A program made the translations under genes and the position numbers. DNA of 63,985 nt, the filler included, from Porpidia crustulata (lineage: Eukaryota), in assembly GCA_964255105.1 (NCBI GenBank). It is 5 parts of 5 records of this genome, joined end to end, with 100 filler letters (N's around TTAATTAATTAA, not from the genome) between each part and the next. Parts side by side here need not be neighbours in the genome. Positions count along the whole stretch, not along the records: positions 1 to 12,831 come from CAXUWE010000481.1; positions 12,932 to 25,759 come from CAXUWE010000482.1; 3 more parts are not named here. One strand, 5' to 3'. The notes under the pieces are model-generated. The model worked only from the letters and a program-made list of their open reading frames with translations, had not been told where the DNA came from and searched no databases. Positions 11,650-22,793 of the stretch are shown in pieces. Within the stretch, counting starts at the first letter, position 1; each line of letters opens with the position of its first letter.

Positions 11650-12712
11650 ATGGCACCCACCAAAGTACGGAGACGTAAGTTGCTCAAGAGATCAAGCGCG
11701 TTTGACGTGGTGCACCAGGCTGATTCAACTAGTCAAGGATTTTGGATTTCCAAAGCTTTCCTACTTCCTAGATAGCGACGATGCATTCATGGTGTACCGA
11801 AGGTTTGGTTACGTGTTTTCACGCCTTCTCCTGCGTAAACAGGATGAGATAGGTAGGATCGAATCAACTTTAGAAGCCATGGATCGAACAGATTTACATG
11901 AGGGCAATAAACAATTTCTCATGTCCCACAAACTCGACGAGGATCGTGACTGCGCTCCACTTGGATGGCCTGAATCACGCAAGCAGCTGATGGAGAAACT
12001 GGAGAAAAAGCTCTGGAATACGGTAACAACAAGACAATCTCCATTATCATGACCTAAAAAGTTGGCAGGCTAACGATCGCCTTATAGGATACCCGCAGCC
12101 GACTTAGTCCTTAAATATCAACAGCTCAAAGCGTTGAATCGGCCATCAGCCCGAGATTATCGAAGTGTTCTACATTTCATGGAGAATGATGGCGGTCAGC
12201 TCTATGAAGAGGAGAGCAGCTTTATCTACGAGAAGGAAGACCTCATTACCTTGAGGCCTGAAAGGGAATATGCTTGGCTCGATAGCATCATTGAGCGAAT
12301 CCTGCACGCATTTCGATGTAAGCTAATAACGGTGTCAAATTACTTTTGTTCCTTATTGGGAGAACTAAGACTTCTGCAATAGTTGATTTTTTGCTCCAAA
12401 GTCGGTACTACATATCAAGGCTCATATCCCACTTTCTGACGTATGAAAGGAAACAAGAAAGAAATAGACGATCCTGCCATACACTACTTTGACCGTACTC
12501 GGATCTCCTACTGCGTAACTATGGTCATGACACTCCTGATATTGGTTCTTCTCATTGTCCCTGTTTGGATTCTCTACAAGATGTCCGTTCGCGGGATAAT
12601 TTCTACCAATCTTGGTTCCATAGGTGTAGTTCTTGCTTTTACCTTGATTGTCGCTACTGTTCTATCCGCATTCACACAGGCCAAACGTCACGAGATGTTA
12701 GCCCCAGGCTAG
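11650..12712 (+). pseudogene. DUF6594-type multi-pass membrane protein, multi-exon; apparent frameshift near 12005-12015 and 3' end cut by an insertion at ~12696
   Basis: Motifs 'GFPKLSYFLDSDDAFMVYRRFGYVFSRLLLRKQDEI', 'LNRPSARDYRSV', 'EKEDLITL', two TM helices and 'AFTQAKRHE' match my recollection of DUF6594. The expected final helix after AKRHE is missing. Confidence 0.75.
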
Positions 12713-12831
12713 GGACACTAGCCCAGGACACAGGCTACGCGGAATGCGCGTAGGCCTCAGGATACTCACCATGATTGTGCAGATCACTAAGGGCTAGTGG
12801 AGCGAGCATCGCGAGCATGATGCTCACCTTG
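12696..12831. mobile_element. Putative LTR-like (TG-initial) insertion running into the contig end
   Basis: Coding similarity stops abruptly at TGTTAGCCCC.... The following sequence has short internal repeats (tagccc(c)agg, ggacac, gcgagcat x2), and the contig terminates 135 nt later, as expected at a repeat. Confidence 0.45.
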
Positions 12832-12931
12832 NNNNNNNNNNNNNNNNNNNNNNNNNNNNNNNNNNNNNNNNNNNNTTAATTAATTAANNNNNNNNNNNNN
12901 NNNNNNNNNNNNNNNNNNNNNNNNNNNNNNN
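12832..12931. other. Artificial contig linker
   Basis: 44 N + TTAATTAATTAA (stops in all six frames) + 44 N. Confidence 0.99.
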
Positions 12932-15295
12932 CCCCCATCCTCTCCCACTCCCGCCCTATCCGTCTCCCCACCATCATCCAATGCCCCATTCTCCTTCTTC
13001 CCAGCACTGCGGTTCGAACTGCTTCCGCTGCCCGCCGTCCCCGGTCTCGCGATGCGCGACGGTGGAAGCGAAGTGTACTGGCCGCTGACCGGTCTGGTCT
13101 TGCCCATCGCAAAGGACACGGGACGAGCGGGATGGTTCGAAGCCGGGTGTTCAAACGTCGGGTGCTTCGGCTGCGCGGTCTGAGCGCTCGAGCGACGGAA
13201 GATGCGGGAAGCGAGGGTCTGGGCATGACCCTGCGGCGTGGGCGTAGGCGGCTCTTTTGGTATTTTGGAGCGAATGGTGGATGATTTCGATGAATCGCTC
13301 AGAAGAGGATCACGGACACCTTCGCCGCCCGAAATCGTTCTCTGGAGTGATGGCGTTCTCTCAACACCATTCCTCGTAGGCGTTATAGTATCACTCCTCC
13401 CGCTCCTATCAGCCTCTGGTGAAAGCTGCGTCGATCTCGCACTCGCCGCATCGTATGCTAGTGGTGGGGGTTTGCTCGAGCGTCGTTGAGCGCGTGCAGA
13501 TGGCGCAGGATAGGAGACTGTACGTTGCGATGACTGCCGTAACTCGTCGTAACCTTCACCATTGAACATCATATCGGTAGCGTATGTGTTCAGGGGTGGC
13601 CTGCTTGTGATAGGTGATTCACTAGGACGAGAGGGTTTCGAGATGGCACCCATGAAGGCGGATGGTTGACAGAAGGGTGGGGAAGAGGCAAAGGCTCCTG
13701 AATCGCTTTTTTCAGCTTGAAGGGACTCGGTGTCTTCTTCCAGATTGTCTAAATTCACGTCGTGATTGAAACTCAACGCGTGGCTCAGCTCGAGTGCATC
13801 TGTGTCATTTGAGAGGTAGCGTTGATCAGCCGGAATACTCTTGGCTGAGTATGGTCTTCCATCAAGTAAGCTCTTCTCGGTGATGATGCTGGGCGTAGAG
13901 GAATTTGCGTCTCTATGGTGTGTGCTCATGGTGTCGGGCGTTGGCGGCAGCACGTCACCACCGAAGATTGGCCCACCTAACGATGGCATCTTCGGTAAAG
14001 TGTGGCTTTGCTTGTATAGGGAGAAGTCATCGTAGTCTTGATCATTGCTCTGTTGATGCTGGATTTTTGTCCGGCTTGGCCCCTTGTGCAAAACTTCTCC
14101 AATTGATACGAAGGGATCTTTAGGTCCATGGCTTGTCGATTTCCGATTTGGCGTCGACGCCTTTTTTTGTCCGTTGATCCATTTTTGTAGTGTTATCTGA
14201 TCCTGAGCAGACCGCCGAGGAGGCGTCTGCTGTTCAGTAGACAAAGATTTAGCTTGCACGATATCCTCTTCACGATTATATAAATTCTGATCGATGTCTT
14301 TGTGTTTCCCATACACGCTCATGAAACTACTCTCACTCAGCACGCTTAGTCGATCAGCGTATGAGTCTTCCTCCTCTTCCTGTATGTCATCCCCTGAAAC
14401 CACACTTGCTGGTCGAGGTAGGGAGACTAAGCTTAGGTTGCTATTAAGGAAGCTCTCATTATGCAGATACAAGCCACGTAAAGCTCTGGTACTTTTCTTA
14501 TTCTCCCGAATGAATGACGGTGCACGTAGTAATGTCGTTGGGGGCTCGGATATGATCGGATTGGACACAGGTATACTCGTAAGACCGATGGCTTGAACAG
14601 TTGGTGTTTCGGGTTTTTCATCCTGAGTATTTAAGACCTCTGCACCGAGTGGGGGCGAACTACGAACATCGTCCGCATCTGGTGAGTTCTGATCTGACTC
14701 TGACTTGTATGATCCTCTTCCGCTGTCGACCTTGTCTTCCAACTCACATATAAGCTCCACAGCCTCTCTGATAGCCTGATCACGCTTTTCAAGTTCTCGC
14801 AGCAAAGCCTCGTTGATCAATTGCATCTCCTCGTTGTCAGCCTCCAAAGCAGGCAATTTCTCCAATTCTGCGTCCAGAAAATCTTGTCTTTTACGACGCT
14901 GGGAGACTTCGAGCTTCAGGTCAAAGTTCTCTTTGTTCAATTTCGCAAATTGCTATTCTTAGGTATTAGCAACCCAACACAGCTTGAGATTTTTCAGTAT
15001 TACTTACCTCTTCTATCTCGCGCATGCCCCAATCTTTTGGAGTCGAGCCGTTCTTTGGTGCCAACGCGCTGCTGCGGCGACCGTGGACTGCAGATACATC
15101 TCTGCTAGTACTTGACGCTATTGGGGAGCTTTGAACTTCTCGTACGTCCAGACTGTTGCTTCGTCCAGCGCCCTTCCGGTTATTATGATGCTGGGTTGAG
15201 TCGATTTTTCTTGGCTGCGCCTTTCTCTCACGCAGAAGATCCTGCAAGAGCTTTGAAGATGGGTTAGACCCGTCATTGCCTCCGGTAGTTGACAT
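12932..15295 (-). CDS. Centrosomin N-terminal motif 1 (Cnn_1N/CM1) microtubule-organising protein, 3' end truncated by the contig break; exons 15295-15008 and 14952-<12932
   Basis: Spliced 'WGMREIEEQFAKLNKENFDLKLEV' CM1 motif followed by a coiled coil ('LEKRDQAIREAVELICELE') and a long Ser/Pro-rich tail. Confidence 0.85.
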
Positions 15296-17181
15296 TCTGG
15301 GTACTGAGTATATCTGAGGATAGTAGTGGCCGTAGCGATGATAAGAGATTAGGAGGCAGGTGCTCGCAATGAGGTGTCGTTGAAGCGACCGAATTGGATA
15401 AGCTGAAACTGAATTGTAAGGTTTCGTATCAATCCACCGAAGGTCGGAATAGAAAAGAGAGGGCTCGAGACTTCTCAGCTCCTAAACAGCGGAGACGTTT
15501 GAGACGAAGTGAACAAGTTAATAAGAATGTCTTTGTTCTTTCATTCAGAAAACGAACAAGGTTGGCGCATTGTTGGATGCTGCGGAGAGGACGACAGTGA
15601 TGTTACCAGGCGGAGAAGTCAATTCTTTGTAATTGTGTACAGTTGCATCGTTCCAACTTGGGTTTGTTTGTTTGGGTTGTGGACGAAAAAGTGCAGGTGC
15701 ATGAATGTTGACAGGAATGAAGGAGTGATGGGCAGTTCTCCCAACTCCGCTCATCCTTCCTTCCCCGCCATTATTAAGGGGGACAATGCACGACATTATA
15801 GTAGGGAGTAGGGGGTTGGAAAAGGATTCTTCCAGTTCTTAGTTTTCAGACATCACAAACGGTCACATCACATCGATTGGCTAAGGGATCAAGCAATAGG
15901 TGCAGCGCCGCTAGGCATGTCACTATCACATTAACAGCCCGCTAAAACTCCGCCCAAAGCCTCCCGGGCCGTTATTCGGTGGGCCCAAAGGGCGCCTAAG
16001 ACTTTTGCTGGGATCCTAAAACACCCTCCCTTGCCAACGTGCCAAGCTTCCTCCTCACCACCAACACCGGCATCTGATCTCATTATCAGGTTGTCAATTT
16101 TGCAACATCATTCAAATTTTGTGTTGCATATACATTCATTGAAGACTCTCGAATATGTGTTATTGCTACTATGTATCTCACTACACTGACGCAAGTTCTG
16201 CTCATCGCTGAAAACATGCTGCGTGGAAAACAGAGCTGAGGGTGGAAATCGCGAGTGGACGAAAGGAAGAAGATACATTCCAATTCAATGAACGCATCGG
16301 AGGGGAGTATCGGAGGGGAAAGGCAAGACGAACCTGAAGATGGACACGATGATGTTGGATTGATAGCTGGATATTACGCTGAAGGATTAGAAAGATACTC
16401 TCCTTGATGCATTGTCGGTACTTGGTGTTTGTTGTAAGCTTTCTGAGGTAGACAGCCGTAATCTTGCTGATGTTACGACGCGGAGATGTTGGCATGATTA
16501 CAGATGGCGAGACGACACGGTGGTCCAGTAAAGCTGAATTTATGAAGGCTTCCGAGGTATTAGATCAACATAGTCGTTATGGTTTTCTATGTTTGCAATC
16601 GAGTCGAATTCTTTTGACGGATACAATGACCATAAAGTAGGACTTGTTAGTGAATTTTAAAGATTGTCGGAAGTCGGAAAGTATGCCTTTGGGTTGATTC
16701 CAACTCTCGAGGATGTCCAGGAATCAAAAGGTGGAACTGCTGGATTAGGACGTACGGAAATCGTCGAGTAAAAATAACGAATAGAATGAGCGCTATGTGA
16801 GTATTTTTGAAGAAATTTGAAACACATTTCCATGCATTAGCTCTATCAAGACTGAAATGGGTTTTCCTATATAAGAATCAGGCTGCGCAGGTGAATGTAG
16901 GATCATATAAGAAATAGAGAGATTCAAGGAGAGGCAGAAAGGGACAAGCTCGTCGAGTAGAACCCTGGCTTATTGACTGGTAGTTTCTAGGAGCATCATA
17001 CCATCTCAAGCAATGAATTTGTGTAGCCCAGGTTGGGCCCAAGCATTGACGATTCCATAACATTAGTAGACAAGCACACGTCGAGGTGGACGTATTACTG
17101 ATATTCACCGGTGTGGAGGAAATGCAGCTTCCGAATCTGGTCATGGTCAGGCTTGACAGCGGCGCGATTAATGGGTTTGGT

Positions 17182-19425
17182 TCATCTCCCTTCTGCCCTC
17201 GCCACCAATGCATCATCTAAACCTACAGGCATGAACAATTTCCCTTCAAGTAATTTCGACGTAGTGGCGCGTGCCCAGACAACATCACCTTTGAGATATA
17301 CAACCACACCACCTCGGCCACTTGCACTGGCAGTTATACGAAATAATGGTAGCCCTGTTTGCGAGTCTGCTTCACGAAGTGGCATCATGATGAGGCCTTG
17401 CTCCGCAGACCATTCCTCCACCACATCTCTAAAAGTGGTAGGACTTTCTTGGGCGACTGATACCTTAAGTGGGGTACCGGTGGTACGCGGACTTGAATGC
17501 GAAATTGGTGGACTTGGGCCCGCAGGTGGAGGAGGTAAGTGTTCGGCAGCGTCAGCACCAAGATCGAGAGCCAAAGTTATGGTCTCAAGTCCTTTGGTCC
17601 ATTCTACCGAGATAGCAGGAAGTTCACTAATCTCGGCCGGAAGCTGATTCTTCCACCAAAGAAACCATTCGCGGATTTCATCGTAATTTGGCGAAGAGGT
17701 GAGCCAAAGATAGAGGGTCGAGTGCCATTTAGGGAAGAATTCGGTGGCTAGGAGCTGAGCGAATGTGCTGGCTGGGAAAAAAGTAGTCCACTGGATAGCT
17801 TGTTCAAGAGGACTGAGATCTTGATCAGAGGGGTCAATGACCAGGTTTTCAGCTAGATGAAGGGCAAGGCGTGGCAGGAGGTAATGGATGAGAACGGAGG
17901 ACAGCTCAGAGTGTAGAACTGAACGCCAATTATGGAGTCCTGGAGGTATCCCGCTGGCAAGATCCCAAGTCGACAGAACCACTTTGAATTTCCTTTTCAC
18001 ATCTGCAAGGAGACCAGTAGGGCTCTTCGGGTCAGTATGCTGTTCGTCAAGGTACTGAAGCCAGGGAAATAGCCAGGCATGAGGAGGCTGGACGTGCCGA
18101 CTTCGTTTGTGGGTGCTTTGCGGTTTCCAAGCGGCCACAGCTTGGGTAAGCCGTTGAACTATGAGCTGATCAATAACATTTGCGAGAATAAAAGGAGGTA
18201 GAATGGAATGCCACGCTTCAACAAGGGCAATCAGCGGATTTGGATCGTACACATCCCATTCATTGATTATTGTTGACCGGATTTGAGGCAGCCATAGTGT
18301 ATATATCATAGTTTCGTAGGGTGTGGTGGATTTGCTTTGTGTTTTAGTGTATTGAACTCCATTTTGCAAAGCCACCACGTTGCTAGTTGACTCTGGTTTG
18401 ATTCCTAGGATCTCTCTCAGCCTCTGGATGTATTGTGCCACATGTATTGGCTGCTGAAGTGGATCCCAGTCTTGCATTGCAATGTTGAATAGCGGATGTA
18501 TTGCCGCAACAGCGACTTCCTGTAATGCTAGAGTGTCCATGCTATCCTTGAACTCAAACTCCAGGGCCTCGAGTTTCTGCGTGACTTCTCCCCATAGTGT
18601 AGGGACTGAGTCAGCCTCTGGAAGATCAAGTAATAGCTGCTGCAGCTCCTGTATAGCACCAATCACGCCCTCGGCGCCATGAACGCCCAATTCTCCTTCA
18701 TCAATCTCTTGAACAAGCTGTAATTCATGCATTTCGAAGAAGCTCTTCCTTTCTGCTAGCCCGCTCCATTCGTCAGCAAAGGCTTCGAGATCCCGGCGCG
18801 CTCTACGAGTGATTTTCATAGCTTCTGTCTCACTGGGTACCATGGAAGCATGGGATGCCATGAGCCCTGCGGTCGATGTGAGCAGCTTAGTCTCCGAACC
18901 TGTTGCATCTATTATAGACTTTAGAACATTAGGGACTTGTAGACCATCCGCAGCAGCTTCGATCTCGGTTGCTGTCCGGTATTTCAGCTTCGAGCTTCCC
19001 CCAGGAGTACTTGTCCCGCTCGAGATCCCCAGCATCCGCTTCTTCTTCAATTCTCTTCGCTTCTTTTTCTCTTCCTCAGAGGAATCATTCAGTACCTCCC
19101 CTCGAAACGCAGCCTCTCGCTTCTCTTCCTCCTTTGCCTGCTTGGTTTTCTCCTTCACAGCACCCAGCCCAGCGCCCTGTGGTCGAAGCTGCGTTTCTAT
19201 TGGGGCTAATCTTCCACGTCCTGCAGCTCCAAGCCCTTGCCCCTCTACGTAACCCATTTTCGCCATCATCTTTGCTGCGAATGAACTGGGCGCTGCAGAC
19301 GAGGCCGCCGAAGCGCCGCTGGGTTTACTGCTCTGGCCCATCTTGCGTCGTTTGTGTCTGTGGTCTGAGTCCGAAGACGCATCGCCGTCGCTCGTCTTTC
19401 GACCTTCCATGGTGAAGTGTGACAT
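17182..19425 (-). CDS. TFP11: G-patch spliceosome disassembly factor (TFIP11/Spp382/Ntr1 family)
   Basis: G-patch 'FAAKMMAKMGYVEGQGLGAAGRG' followed by a GCFC-like domain ('WDP', 'HAWLFPWL', 'EFFPKW', 'WFLWWK'). Long intact ORF; exact start uncertain. Confidence 0.92.
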   Translation of the reverse strand: MSHFTMEGRKTSDGDASSDSDHRHKRRKMGQSSKPSGASAASSAAPSSFAAKMMAKMGYVEGQGLGAAGRGRLAPIETQLRPQGAGLGAVKEKTKQAKEEEKREAAFRGEVLNDSSEEEKKKRRELKKKRMLGISSGTSTPGGSSKLKYRTATEIEAAADGLQVPNVLKSIIDATGSETKLLTSTAGLMASHASMVPSETEAMKITRRARRDLEAFADEWSGLAERKSFFEMHELQLVQEIDEGELGVHGAEGVIGAIQELQQLLLDLPEADSVPTLWGEVTQKLEALEFEFKDSMDTLALQEVAVAAIHPLFNIAMQDWDPLQQPIHVAQYIQRLREILGIKPESTSNVVALQNGVQYTKTQSKSTTPYETMIYTLWLPQIRSTIINEWDVYDPNPLIALVEAWHSILPPFILANVIDQLIVQRLTQAVAAWKPQSTHKRSRHVQPPHAWLFPWLQYLDEQHTDPKSPTGLLADVKRKFKVVLSTWDLASGIPPGLHNWRSVLHSELSSVLIHYLLPRLALHLAENLVIDPSDQDLSPLEQAIQWTTFFPASTFAQLLATEFFPKWHSTLYLWLTSSPNYDEIREWFLWWKNQLPAEISELPAISVEWTKGLETITLALDLGADAAEHLPPPPAGPSPPISHSSPRTTGTPLKVSVAQESPTTFRDVVEEWSAEQGLIMMPLREADSQTGLPLFRITASASGRGGVVVYLKGDVVWARATTSKLLEGKLFMPVGLDDALVARAEGR

Positions 19426-20079
19426 CTTCACTTCCTCCAGCGCTGAGGCTAGGGGACTGAAGCAAATCTTACGGCGAAAGTGGATAAGCTTAGAGTCACC
19501 TGGATGTCCGAGTCACGTGGGCTGCAAAAATTACTGCAGCAACTTAAGCGAGTTTTCCCTATCAAAGCGTACGACCCCCCAGTGAGTCCTAATTGGATGA
19601 TGAGGCTATCTATCACATCTGTCTTCTCCTTCGCCTGCGTGCCTGCTCAGAGAATCTGGCATCGTCATCGAAGTAGTTGTGAGACTGTGCTGACATGTAT
19701 GTACAATTGTTTCTAGAAGGAGAAGAGAAAGACAGATTGCGCAGTAATCGCATATCTTTTGCATCAACCGTTGCAGGTACTTATCTTCGAAGTTTCTACG
19801 TGCGTATGAGTGTAGATCTACATTTTATGTCAACTTTAAGATTTGATTTGATTTACATGTTATCTAGAGTTTCACTTTGGTGTCAGGCACAGATCTATGC
19901 GTATTCGAGATATGATTATTTTTCCTAGGGTGTATGGGTGCATGACTATGTGATATAACTCTCTGAAGTCTTGATCGGGTGTGTTAAAGTGACCGAGCTG
20001 AATATTAGGACACTGTGCCTGCTGTAAGATAGAGTGAGGCTCTGTCCTATGTGACGGTGACCTGCTCTATTTGAGCTTC

Positions 20080-21577
20080 AGACCACACCACTGGCCTTAA
20101 TCGTTCGCTAGTTAGTTCCCACATACTACCAGACAGAGCTGCTACTTATTCTCGCATACATGGACTTCGCAAAACATTCCTGGTTATCTGTGCTGCGCTG
20201 TACGATCAGACCAGTTGATAAGGGGCCGTCACTGCTGTGAGAACCCAATTAAGCTGTGGTTGATATAATGCGAATGCGTTTGCACTATTGACAACGGCGC
20301 TATGGTTCGGCCATATGCGTTGAGATTTGAATATAACTGGTACGTGAGCTATCCCGGCGTATGTCAAGTACTGTAATTAGGTACTAGGTAAAGAACTCCA
20401 GGTTCTGTTCACTGAGCTGGTAATCATTTAAAGGGGAACAACGGGATCAACCAGCAGAGGCCCGGAGGTCTTTTCGCCGGAATTGACAGGCATCCTTTGG
20501 AAGGCTTGAATGTATTGATTTTGCAGCCAATTGGCTTGGACAAGGTGAGCATTGTTGAGGGGCGTTGATACGACGCCATTGCAAAATTGAATCTCAGATA
20601 TCAGTACTTAGCACTTAGCCCCAACAGCGGTGAATACATCGGTTTTTTGAGTTGAGGGAAGATACTAGCCACCGAATGGTAGAGAAAGGTGCCAATAATC
20701 GTAGAAACAAGACCCCCAGGAGCTGTGAGTCCAGCTGCATCAATCCCAGGTGAAGCTGTAACAGCACCCAAGTAACCTTCAATCGGCTCAATGACTTACC
20801 TTTCAGCAGCGGTCCAAGCCTCAGTTCCACCCTTAGAGTGACCAATGGCCACAAACTTTGCTAACAATTCCTTGAACGCCAATTGTGCTACTTGTACCGC
20901 ATAGGTGCCGCTTGCCTACGCAGGTCTCGCACCATATTGATGGTGCATCTTAAAATTTTCCAGATATGTCTGAGTAGACATCAATTCTGGCATAGTCTGG
21001 TGGTACAACAACATAGCCCTGAAGTGCCAACTCGTAAGGAGCCGCAATTTGATAAATCAGGACGTGGTAATGCGAAGGAGCACTCACCGAAGGTCCTACA
21101 TGCGCCGTGTGCCTAGGCGGCGACTGGATATCCGTCTGTCTGCGTCTGAGGCGCAGAAGCCATACCACAGATGCTGAAGCGGGCTCTGTTGATCCGTCGG
21201 AGGTCTTGGAAAGAAGCATGATCCGCGACAATGCGGTATCGGGGGGGATGTTATACGCCAAAGTGTTTGCATCTTGCTGTACTTCCACCGAGGGGCCTGG
21301 AAGCGCAATTTTGGCACGGCTGGAGACTATAGAAGTCGTCAGTGTCCACTGAGCCATTGGTCCATTCAGAATGTTCAAAGGTGCAGACGACCTCAACGCC
21401 AAGTGCAAGAGGGGCGCTATTGCCTGCGTTTGCGATCTGTGCTGAAGAAAGCGTACATAGGGACTGAGTAATTTTTGCTTGGAATGCTGCAATCCTAGGA
21501 GCCGCTCTCATTACTAGGAATACAACTAGGGGTAGGCCTTTGGTCGTTCTAGGCGAAAGCACTTGTAGGGGGGACAT
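20080..21577 (-). pseudogene. Secreted lipase (LIP family alpha/beta hydrolase) pseudogene
   Basis: Fragments in different frames: 'NGSVDTDDFY', 'AYNIPPDTALSRIM', 'APSHY..APYELALQGYVVVPPDYA' and the nucleophile elbow 'FVAIGHSKGG' near 20830-20855. Multiple frameshifts and stops; 3' limit approximate. Confidence 0.8.
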
Positions 21578-22793
21578 GTTGTATGTTCAAGGCAAGAAGT
21601 CAAAGTTACAAGACACATGTAAGAGGTTCAACAGAGACTTGGGAAAACGGGCAGAGCCAAAGACTTAGAGGCTGGGTAGATAAGTTCGGTGCTTGAACAC
21701 AATGATAAGAAAAGCCGATAGACAGATATCGATCCCGATGACGAATAAGACACGCTGGAAAGCGACACAGAATCACGAAGCTGAGTGCTGATTCCGTTGC
21801 AGTTTCTTACGTCTCCATTCCACGAGAAAAGACGTCAACTTACCAACGGAGCTTTCAAGACCAAGTCGACGCCCACTTGATAGACCGTGAGTGTAGCTAA
21901 GTAAAGGCTTCAAGAAAATCGGTTCTTTGGTATGGAAACCAGGAGTCGTAGAAATTGTCATACATAAGAGATTATTCAGTCACCTGTGGATATATGACCG
22001 GTCTACGCAAGGAGCTGATTTGTTCATACGCATCTAGTCGAAAACTCCTCTTATTGGATCCATCAGCGACTCTGACATCCGATAATATGCAAAATTGGGG
22101 ATTAGGCCAACCATCATCTCCATCTACGTTTGGTTGACATACTCATCAGCACGCTGCAGTAGGCCACAAGGTGTCGATTCCCTGAGTCACTTTGGTCAGC
22201 AGTGTAAGTATAGGACTTAGCTCACACTACATGAAGTGCCCATGCGGGCTCTGTTAAGGAGCCCCTGGGTTTTCATTGGCAATTACCACCCGAAAACGTC
22301 CCTCGACATGTACTGAAGATCCCAAGGATGGCGGTAGTCAAAGCCCCAGAGCGAACGTGTTATGCCTCACAAAGAGTAAATCCAGCGCTACCGTCGCCCT
22401 CATGCTGAGGTGCGTACAGTGCCTGCAGGTAGATGTGCATCGCGTCTGGAGTGATTACTATCTAAGGGGCTTCCCTCTAAGCACTTGAGCTCAAGAGACG
22501 AGATTGTCATCAAGGCTCCTGCGAAATTTGCGAATGCTGTGTACCTTAGTCTACAGGCTTGAATGCGTGAGAGACGTGGGAGATCACCTCACCCCCTCTG
22601 GTCCCATGTTCAAATCCAGCTAGTCCAATACCGGCAAAATAGCGTGCGAGCGGCAACAGCGGAAAGAGCGCCGTGCCCCGTCCGTTTGCTCCGTCGGCAA
22701 ACAGATAAGTATTTAAACCAGAAAAAAACACTCCAGGTTTGTACTGCAAACTTCTACAGAGAACTGGCCCTCGAGGGTACCTTCCCGTTCAGC

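Noticed and set aside
12876..12887. TTAATTAATTAA palindrome recurring about every 12.9 kb
   Set aside because: It is always centred in 88 Ns: a synthetic six-frame-stop linker, not a biological repeat or recombination site.
16086..16800. Possible small gene or ncRNA between the Cnn_1N and TFP11 genes (97-aa ORF, short atcggagggga duplication)
   Set aside because: I could not build a consistent spliced model or recognise protein or snoRNA motifs; unsupported without transcript data.
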